64,000 nucleotides of DNA from Patescibacteria group bacterium (GTDB lineage Bacteria > Patescibacteriota > Microgenomatia > JBGSIU01), in NCBI GenBank assembly GCA_041742375.1, contig JBGSIU010000044.1, forward strand, positions 2,161 to 66,160, read 5' to 3'. Numbering within the stretch: the first letter of the stretch is position 1; the number at the start of each line of letters is the position of its first letter. A program made the position numbers and the translations under genes. Positions 56,792 to 64,000 of this stretch are shown here, piece by piece. The notes beneath the pieces were generated by a model. It had not been told where the DNA came from and searched no databases. It saw only the letters and a program-made list of their open reading frames with translations.

Positions 56792-57811
56792 ATGAAAAGT
56801 AATCTCATAAAAATTGCTGTGACAAGTGTTGGTGGGGGAGTCGGACAAAGTATTGTGAAAGCGTTAAGTGATTCTGATTATCATCTAATTGGTTTAGATG
56901 CAAATATTTTAAGCGCAGGTTTATATGCTGTTCCAGTGGCTTATATTATTCCTCGGGCAAATGAGCTCCATTATATCAGTTCACTATTAAAAATCTGTGA
57001 AAAGGAAAAATGCCGTATAATTTTTCCCGGCTCCGACACTGAATTATCAATTCTTTCGAAAAATACAAAAAGATTTGAAAAAATTGGAACAACCGTGGTC
57101 ATCAGTCGTCCAGCAGTGATTGATGCCTGTGATGACAAACTGCAGACGTATTTATTATTAAAGGATAGAATTTCCATATCTAAAACGAGAGAAGCTGAAG
57201 ATTTTTTTAATAAAAAGGCTAAATTTGACTATCCGGTCATTATTAAACAAAAAATTGGCGGTTCAAGATCAAAAAATGTTTTCTTAGTAAAAAATGAAAA
57301 CGGTCTGACAAATCTTTTTTCAAAAGATGGTTTTTATGTCAAAGACTATATTGTGCAAGAATATATTGAATGGGACGAATACACCTGTGGGAGCATAAAT
57401 CTGAACGGAAAATGTTATGGTGTCATCGTGATGAGACGGATATTAAGAGATGGTGACACGTATAAATGTTTCGTTGAAAAAAATCAAAAAATCGAAGATC
57501 TCGTATTTAAAATAATGAAGATTCTTAAACCATTTGGAGCTTGTAACGTTCAACTGCGCCTGAAGAAAAATATCCCCTATATTTTTGAAATTAATGCCCG
57601 CTGTTCTGGCACGACCGCAGCAAGAGCTATTTGTGGTTTTAATGAACCGAAAATGGTTGCTGACTATATTTGTTATGGTAAAAAGCCCTCGTTCTCTATA
57701 AAAGAACTGTCAATCTTAAGATACTGGAAAGAATTAGTTATTGAACCAAAACAGATAGAGGAAATTATAAAGACAAATAAGCTTAATAATGAGTTTTTCA
57801 CACGATTATAA
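56792..57811 (+). CDS. ATP-grasp protein
   Basis: PGSDTEL, DKL.TY, IIK..GGSRS, VQEYI..EYT, FEINAR.SG. Confidence 0.8.
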   Translation: MKSNLIKIAVTSVGGGVGQSIVKALSDSDYHLIGLDANILSAGLYAVPVAYIIPRANELHYISSLLKICEKEKCRIIFPGSDTELSILSKNTKRFEKIGTTVVISRPAVIDACDDKLQTYLLLKDRISISKTREAEDFFNKKAKFDYPVIIKQKIGGSRSKNVFLVKNENGLTNLFSKDGFYVKDYIVQEYIEWDEYTCGSINLNGKCYGVIVMRRILRDGDTYKCFVEKNQKIEDLVFKIMKILKPFGACNVQLRLKKNIPYIFEINARCSGTTAARAICGFNEPKMVADYICYGKKPSFSIKELSILRYWKELVIEPKQIEEIIKTNKLNNEFFTRL

Positions 57812-57821
57812 AACTACAAAT

Positions 57822-58655
57822 ATGAAAGTATTAATTGTCGGAGCAAACGGTTTCCTCGGCAGGCATCTTGTTGAAAAATGTTTAGCATATCGATGGAAAG
57901 TATCAGTCGTGTATTCTAAAAACAGAAACAATTTGCCGGCAAACTGCGAACAAATACATATTGATAACATTGATAATCTTGATGATAATTACGAAATGAT
58001 TTTTTTATCAACGGGAAATTTTTCCCTGAGTTACCACGATTTGATTAAAGCTAATGTGGAAACGATTTTAATTCTACTGAAAAAGTTTAGGAAGTCAAAA
58101 ATAATTTTTATTTCTAGTGTATCGGTATATGGCGATCAAAAAAAAATAATAAATGAGGAGACATGCTTTAATAATCCCACTATTTACGGTTTATCTAAGA
58201 TTGCAGGTGAATTCGTCACTGCGAGTTTTCGGCGATATGCGATTATCAGATTAAGTTATTTATATGGTAAAGACATGATGCCCAAATCTTTTCTGCCAAT
58301 TATATTAAGAGATGCAAAAAGAAATAGAAAAATTATATTAACTAATCAAGGAAAAAGATTGCAGGATTATCTTCATGTTGATGATGCGGCGACAATTTGC
58401 CTAAAAGCAGCTCTCCATAATAAAAACGGGATTTTTTTAGGAGCAACGGGAAAATCATACTCAAATCTTAAAGTCGCGCAAGTGATTAGTAATGACATTG
58501 AGAGATGTGAAATAGTTTTTTCTCAACTGAATAAATATTCCCCTTCGTATGTTATTAACAATAAAAAAACAAAAGATGCTTTAAACTGGTCACCTGAACA
58601 TTTATTGATTAATGACCTGCATGAATTAATTAAAAATGAAAATTGCAATTTTTAG
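57822..58655 (+). CDS. NAD-dependent epimerase/dehydratase/reductase (SDR)
   Basis: GANGFLG, SSVSVYG, YGLSK, DYLHVDD. ATG 57822 preferred. Confidence 0.85.
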   Translation: MKVLIVGANGFLGRHLVEKCLAYRWKVSVVYSKNRNNLPANCEQIHIDNIDNLDDNYEMIFLSTGNFSLSYHDLIKANVETILILLKKFRKSKIIFISSVSVYGDQKKIINEETCFNNPTIYGLSKIAGEFVTASFRRYAIIRLSYLYGKDMMPKSFLPIILRDAKRNRKIILTNQGKRLQDYLHVDDAATICLKAALHNKNGIFLGATGKSYSNLKVAQVISNDIERCEIVFSQLNKYSPSYVINNKKTKDALNWSPEHLLINDLHELIKNENCNF

Positions 58656-59271
58656 TGACATACATGGTAATTTGCCTGCGTTTGAAATCCTCTTAAAAAC
58701 TCTTGGGAAAGTAGATCAGTATATTTTTCTTGGTGACGTTGTTAACTATGGTCCGTGGAACAATGAATGTCTTGAGCTTCTCGCAAGTTTAAACAACTGT
58801 ATTAAAATATTTGGTAATCACGATAAATATTTCATTAACAAAAAGTGCATGGGAAATACGCCTCTAGTTCAGCTATTTTTTTCATTTTGCATAAAAGAAT
58901 TTTCAGCCTTTTCCTATTTTTCTGATTTCGTGGAAAGTTACGAATTTAATCATTATTACTTTCAGCATACCATTAACCAAGAACGCGTTTACCCGGACGA
59001 TCATCTATCTCTGGAGAAGAACACAGTAATTGGTCATTCTCACTATATGTTTCATATGCAGTCAAATGGTTTCCAATTTTATAATGCAGGTAGCGTTGGG
59101 CAGAATAGAAAGTATATCAATGTAATTAACTATCTTTTATACTATCCGGATAAAGGAAAAATAGAAATGAAAAACATTGTATATAATGTTGATCGTGTTA
59201 TTAATGAGATGAAAAAGAAGGGGTATCCCAAGTTATGTATCGATTATTATTTAAATAAAAACAGATATTAA
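58636..59271 (+). CDS. Calcineurin-like metallophosphoesterase
   Basis: SDIHGN, LGDVV, GNHD, GHSH, NAGSVG. Confidence 0.88.
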   Translation: MKIAIFSDIHGNLPAFEILLKTLGKVDQYIFLGDVVNYGPWNNECLELLASLNNCIKIFGNHDKYFINKKCMGNTPLVQLFFSFCIKEFSAFSYFSDFVESYEFNHYYFQHTINQERVYPDDHLSLEKNTVIGHSHYMFHMQSNGFQFYNAGSVGQNRKYINVINYLLYYPDKGKIEMKNIVYNVDRVINEMKKKGYPKLCIDYYLNKNRY

Positions 59272-59272
59272 C

Positions 59273-60376
59273 ATGAAGCAGTATCAAGTTGCAAAACCAT
59301 TTATCACGGACAAAGACAAAAAAAATGTTTTAAGCGTATTAAATTCAGCCAAATTGTCTCTAGGACCGAAATATCTGGAATTTGAATCAAATATAAAAAA
59401 ATACATTGGTTGTAAATATGCTTGCGCGGTGGCGAATGGCACCTGCGGTTTACATCTTGCGGTTAAAGCGCTTTCTTTAAAAAAAGGGGACGAGGTTGTT
59501 ACCTCGCCGTTTTCTTTCATTTCTTCCTCAAATTGCCTTTTATATGAACGTGTAAAACCAATATTTGTTGATATTGAGGAAGAAACATATAATATTGATC
59601 CGGATAAAATTGAGAAAGCCATAACTAGGAAAACGAAGGCAATTTTAGTTGTTCACATTTTTGGCCAAACGGCAGCGATGGATAAAATAACGCAACTGGC
59701 GAAAAAACATAATTTAAAAATTATTGAAGATGCTTGTGAAAGCATAGGGGCGGCCTACAAAAGAAAAATGGCTGGAACATTTGGACAGGTTGGTGTCTAT
59801 GCTTTTTATCCAAATAAACAGATGACGACAGGCGAGGGAGGGATGATCGTGACAAATTCAAAAAAGATAGATGCTCTTTGCAAAAGTTTGAGGAATCAGG
59901 GCAGAAACGTAAAGGGAGATTGGCTAATTCACGAGCGACTTGGATTTAATTACCGAATGGACGAAATGAGTTCGGCCCTTGGCATTACACAGCTTGAAAA
60001 ATTAAATTGGATGATTGAGGAAAAACGGAAAATAGCTGGATTGTATAATCGGCAATTAGCAAATATTCACCAAGTTATTACTCCCAAAGTTGCTGCGGAC
60101 AGGACTCATTCTTGGTTTGTCTACGTAATACGAGTTAAATATGGAGAAAGAAATAATTTGATGAAAAAATTAATGTCGCATGGTATCCAAACAAAACCTT
60201 ATTTACCCGTGATCCATCTCCAGCCATTCATGAGAAAAATGTTCCATTATAAATTGGGAGATTTTCCCGTTGCTGAGAAAATTTCTTCACAAACGCTTGC
60301 CCTGCCTTTTTATATTGGTTTAAAGGTAAAAGATATTAACAATATCTCTTCTTTAATTACAAAAATTTTGCATTAG
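59273..60376 (+). CDS. DegT/DnrJ/EryC1/StrS aminotransferase
   Basis: VHIFGQ, EDACE, AFYPNKQMTTGEGG, GFNYRM. Confidence 0.9.
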   Translation: MKQYQVAKPFITDKDKKNVLSVLNSAKLSLGPKYLEFESNIKKYIGCKYACAVANGTCGLHLAVKALSLKKGDEVVTSPFSFISSSNCLLYERVKPIFVDIEEETYNIDPDKIEKAITRKTKAILVVHIFGQTAAMDKITQLAKKHNLKIIEDACESIGAAYKRKMAGTFGQVGVYAFYPNKQMTTGEGGMIVTNSKKIDALCKSLRNQGRNVKGDWLIHERLGFNYRMDEMSSALGITQLEKLNWMIEEKRKIAGLYNRQLANIHQVITPKVAADRTHSWFVYVIRVKYGERNNLMKKLMSHGIQTKPYLPVIHLQPFMRKMFHYKLGDFPVAEKISSQTLALPFYIGLKVKDINNISSLITKILH

Positions 60377-60381
60377 AAAAT

Positions 60382-61824
60382 ATGAATATTTTAGTTTATG
60401 GATATTACGATGAGAAAGATACGATTTCGCTGAATGAAACCCTGAAAACTATTATGAAAAAATTCCGCGTCAGGAAATATTACATAAATGCCGATTATGA
60501 TGAAAAGCTCGAACTTACACCCTTCAAAGAATTAAATAATCATGATAATCCCAGCGTTGATTGGTCGGTATTAAAACCACTTGATGGAGAATTGCTGAAA
60601 AAAATGGCAGATTGTGAAGTAACCGTGTTAAAGATGATGGATAGGCTGGAATGCGAGCAAATAAAACATGTTACCTATGCTGAAAGAAAGAGATTGTATC
60701 TGAGATACTTGAGATATTGCAACGATTTTCTCAAAAATAATAAAATCAACATGCTTCTTCATGGCAACGTTCCGCATTCGGTTTATGATTTCATTATATA
60801 TTCTCTCTGTCGAGTGAAAGGAATTCCGGTTATTTTTGTCTATCAGGTGATGGAAGATATGATGTTTTTTGAAAGTAAGTGGGAAAATCTTGGAGATGAT
60901 ATTCGGAAAGAATACGCGAGAATGGAAAAAGGGACGAACGTCACCCTTGCATATCCGTATTCTACTTTGTTCAACAAACAGACGTCGAAGAAGAACCCGG
61001 TACAATTCTATATGATAAAAGAGAATGCTATTAAAAAGTATTTTCGTGATTTGCTCATCGGCGTAAGGACCAACCCAAAAATTTTTATTAGAAAGATGAG
61101 CTCTTTGACATATTGGAAGACACAGGGAAAAGAAAGAATAAATAAATTTATTCATCTGCTTAAATCAAAAATTTTGTTTACATATTATAACGCACGAGCT
61201 GAAGTTCCTGATTTGCAGAGAAAATACATATATATCCCCTTGCATTATCAACCCGAGAGATCGACGTCGCCACTCGCAGGATCATTCGTCAACCAACTGT
61301 TAATAATTGAGATGCTTTCTGTACTTATTCCCGAAAACACATTATTATTTGTTAAAGAACATCCAAGACAGCATGACATTGGCCGCGATCGCCACTTTTA
61401 TCAAGATCTAAAGAAATACAGAAATGTAAAGTTAATGCCAAGAGATTTTGATTCGTTTACTCTCATCAATCATTGTCTTGCCGTAGCAACAGCTACGGGA
61501 ATGGCTGGTATTGAAGGATTGTTCAGAGAAAAACCTGTTATCTGGTTTGGACATGATTTTTTCCAATTCGCCCCCGGATCTTTTAGAGTTTCAAAATTGA
61601 AAGATTGTGAATATGCCTTAAACCAAATCATCAACAAACAGGTAAAACCAAAACTTTGCGATATTAAATTATATTTAAAAGCGATGGAAAAAATTGGAAT
61701 TGTTGGTTATGTAAGCCCTGATTACCGTAAAGTTTCGCTTTTGTCAACTTATGAGAACAATAGGAATATTACGGAAGGTTTAATTAGAAAAATGAAACAA
61801 CTTGGTTTTAAAACATATGAATAA
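60382..61824 (+). CDS. Capsule-biosynthesis (KpsS/KpsC-like) GT-B protein
   Basis: PLHYQPE, VKEHP, TATG.AG.EG...KPVI.FG. Confidence 0.65.
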   Translation: MNILVYGYYDEKDTISLNETLKTIMKKFRVRKYYINADYDEKLELTPFKELNNHDNPSVDWSVLKPLDGELLKKMADCEVTVLKMMDRLECEQIKHVTYAERKRLYLRYLRYCNDFLKNNKINMLLHGNVPHSVYDFIIYSLCRVKGIPVIFVYQVMEDMMFFESKWENLGDDIRKEYARMEKGTNVTLAYPYSTLFNKQTSKKNPVQFYMIKENAIKKYFRDLLIGVRTNPKIFIRKMSSLTYWKTQGKERINKFIHLLKSKILFTYYNARAEVPDLQRKYIYIPLHYQPERSTSPLAGSFVNQLLIIEMLSVLIPENTLLFVKEHPRQHDIGRDRHFYQDLKKYRNVKLMPRDFDSFTLINHCLAVATATGMAGIEGLFREKPVIWFGHDFFQFAPGSFRVSKLKDCEYALNQIINKQVKPKLCDIKLYLKAMEKIGIVGYVSPDYRKVSLLSTYENNRNITEGLIRKMKQLGFKTYE

Positions 61825-63121
61825 AAAAATTTCTATTATTTCTTTAGCGTGCGCGCCCTTTGCAGTTGAAGCGTATGACGAAACAGTAAAATGCTTGGAA
61901 AAAAAAGGGTGCGAAATTACACATATCGGTTTTTCCGTGAAAAACTGGATTCCTTCAGATTATCATGATGTTTCGATGACCTACCGGAAATTTAATTATC
62001 CCGTTTTTGTTATCCCGCGAGTTAATCCAGAAAGCATGCAAATTGCGTGCGTTCCCGATTATAGATTTGAGTTTCAGCGCTCGTTTGCTGAAATTCATAA
62101 ATGGTTAGTGGCTATGATACGACAGTATCACCCCGATATATTTTTAATCGATAACGAACGTCCGGTAACAATTCTTATTGCTAAAATGTTGAAGGAAGAT
62201 GCCAGGATTCCGGTTATTGCCTTTGGCTACCATAGCTTCATTTATAGTTATAACAGAATATACCGGAATATATATTGGAAAAAAATAATTGATTTGTTCC
62301 GTTTGTTCAAATATGGCATTCCCAAGAGGATAAAAAGATTATTAGGGAAAAACGATTGGGAAATTTTCGTATCATGCCCCAAGGTGGATTTATTTGGAGA
62401 AAATGAGAGCGATATTATCTGTTCAGCCTCAGGAATTGATACAAAAACGATGATCAAATATGGAGTTTCGGCATCAAAAATTATCGAGGTTGGATCTCCG
62501 TATTTTGATAAAGCGGTTAATTATAAAAACAAATTTAGAACTTTAGTAGACAAAAGAAGCAAGAAGAAAATATTGATTATCTCAAGCGCGTTTGCTTATG
62601 GAAATAAATCGAAAATCATTAACAACTATTATGAATTGGTATGCCGGATGGTTAACAAGTTAAGCGATAAATATGATTTTTATCTGCGTTTCAAACCGTC
62701 AGTTATGCTTCCTGATTTTTTACCGAAAAGGATAAAAAAAATCATTAACAAGATAAAAACTGACGATAATTCAAAAACAGCCTATGAAGCAATCTATCAT
62801 TACGATTTGATAATGGGTGATGTTTCTTTTGTTTTGTATGAAGCGTTGATTGGTAAAAGACCGATCGCGATGTTTAATTATCGCCAACCACAAAATGTTT
62901 CCGAGATAAATTTCCTGAAAAAAGAAGTAGGTATTAAAGAAATAAAAATAGAAAATACTGATTCAGAGATCGATTCAATTATATCGGTGGCTTTTTCAAA
63001 AAAATATCTTGAGCTGATATTAAAAAATTTTAAAAATCAAGAGTATAACTTATTTTATAAACTTGACGGCAAATGCGGCGAAAGAGCGGCTGCGATAATA
63101 ACTAAAACTCTTTCAAATTGA
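61817..63121 (+). CDS. GT-B-fold protein (glycerophosphotransferase/sialyltransferase-like)
   Basis: I.EVGSPYFD, LRFKP, S.VLYEAL...RP, DGKCGERAA. Confidence 0.5.
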   Translation: MNKKISIISLACAPFAVEAYDETVKCLEKKGCEITHIGFSVKNWIPSDYHDVSMTYRKFNYPVFVIPRVNPESMQIACVPDYRFEFQRSFAEIHKWLVAMIRQYHPDIFLIDNERPVTILIAKMLKEDARIPVIAFGYHSFIYSYNRIYRNIYWKKIIDLFRLFKYGIPKRIKRLLGKNDWEIFVSCPKVDLFGENESDIICSASGIDTKTMIKYGVSASKIIEVGSPYFDKAVNYKNKFRTLVDKRSKKKILIISSAFAYGNKSKIINNYYELVCRMVNKLSDKYDFYLRFKPSVMLPDFLPKRIKKIINKIKTDDNSKTAYEAIYHYDLIMGDVSFVLYEALIGKRPIAMFNYRQPQNVSEINFLKKEVGIKEIKIENTDSEIDSIISVAFSKKYLELILKNFKNQEYNLFYKLDGKCGERAAAIITKTLSN

Positions 63122-64000
63122 TTTTCGTGCCGTGATTTCCATGCCGTCAGATAATTTAAAAAAATTAAGAAAGCGGAGCAATAAACTTAACGGGTAAGTT
63201 AAAGAGCCAAACTTTTTTTCTACATTGTCAAAACCAAAAAGATAGAATAGACTCCATAGAAACGAATAGGTTGATTGATTATATTCGATTTTTATGTTGG
63301 TAAAACCGTTTGTTTGTAAAAGGCGAGTAATTGTCTTACGTGTAAATTGGAATAAATGGCGCGGCGGCTCCAGTGGGAACCAATATGATTTAAATATTTT
63401 AAAAAATAAGCTGTCGATATTCGGAACTTTGATGACGACCAAACCACCAGATTTTAATATTTTTGCCGTTTTTTTCAAAACTTGTGTCGGAGACGAGGTA
63501 TGTTCTAAAACTTGAGAAAAATTAACAACGTCAAAAAAATTCTTATTATAAAGAGTTTTTTCAAAATCGCCGCATTTAATGTTTTTTATACCATTTTCTT
63601 TGGCGGATAAAACTGCTTTTTTATTTATTTCTATCCCGAATGTATCCCACCCCCAGCCGTTAAGAATTTGTAAATATTTCCCAGATCCGCACCCAACGTC
63701 CAGGATTTTCCCCCTTTTATCGGCAAAAAACAACTGATCCTTGATCAATATCCTCGCAAGTAATTTATTATTTTTTATCAGTTTTCTGACGAATCTTTGA
63801 ATGATGGTGGGTTTGGTTTGCGAGGAGTATGCGGTATATCCAGAAGGATAGTAATTCGCCAAATATTCCTTTTTAGGTCTTGGAGATAATCTTACCAACC
63901 CGCATTTGTCGCAGGAAACGTAAATGTATTCGCCGGTGCGGAAATTTAAATCCCTTGATTTGATAAAAAGTTTATATTTATAACTTCCGCACGAGTCGCA
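63113..64000 (-). CDS. Class I methyltransferase with N-terminal Zn-ribbon (5' truncated by the window edge)
   Basis: Frame open to 64000 (CDSC...CDKCG); LDVGCGSG, QVLEH, VPN, PRHL..F. Confidence 0.85.
   Translation of the reverse strand, partial: CDSCGSYKYKLFIKSRDLNFRTGEYIYVSCDKCGLVRLSPRPKKEYLANYYPSGYTAYSSQTKPTIIQRFVRKLIKNNKLLARILIKDQLFFADKRGKILDVGCGSGKYLQILNGWGWDTFGIEINKKAVLSAKENGIKNIKCGDFEKTLYNKNFFDVVNFSQVLEHTSSPTQVLKKTAKILKSGGLVVIKVPNIDSLFFKIFKSYWFPLEPPRHLFQFTRKTITRLLQTNGFTNIKIEYNQSTYSFLWSLFYLFGFDNVEKKFGSLTYPLSLLLRFLNFFKLSDGMEITARKSI

Noticed and set aside
56792-57811. Carbamoyl-phosphate synthase large subunit
   Set aside because: Only one ATP-grasp domain of 339 aa and no small subunit.
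706-63515. The many 60-214 aa antisense or alternate-frame ORFs (e.g. 36155-36799, 48562-49050, 50439-50888, 60628-61155)
   Set aside because: They lie within well-supported genes and show no recognisable motifs; treated as shadow ORFs.
1-64000. Poly-A/T runs of 8-9 nt as phase-variation tracts
   Set aside because: They are ubiquitous in this AT-rich, Lys/Phe-rich sequence and I found no frameshifted gene at any of them.

Overview
The whole window is one very large, AT-rich surface-glycosylation locus of about 63 genes, nearly all on the + strand and tightly packed, many with ATGA start/stop overlaps. I see no rRNA, tRNA, CRISPR array or transposase. The left part (1-28 kb) holds about 13 multi-pass GT-C-fold glycosyltransferases (ArnT/PMT-like, YfhO-like, DUF2079, PIG-V-like), mixed with polyprenol-phosphate-sugar synthases (GT2), GT4s and methyltransferases. 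The right part (31-64 kb) holds a Wzm/Wzt ABC exporter and nucleotide-sugar pathways: pseudaminic acid (pseB, pseC, pseH-like, pseI), a second NeuB/NeuC (legionaminic/sialic-type) pathway, a 3-amino-sugar trio, and many tailoring enzymes (amidotransferase with HisF/HisH paralogues, B12 radical SAM, formyltransferase, deacetylase, ATP-grasp, an aminotransferase-methyltransferase fusion). Gene content, weak Shine-Dalgarno signals and -10-only promoters suggest a Patescibacteria/CPR (Microgenomates-like) genome; this is inference. The most unusual signals are at the DNA level. Three genes lack ATG/GTG/TTG ahead of their conserved N-termini and instead have ACG, ACG or CTG directly after a hairpin or repeat array. 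A family of 7-bp-periodic repeat arrays and REP-like palindromes sits between genes and also in-frame inside them. Two GT-C genes lie antisense within the otherwise co-directional gene run.
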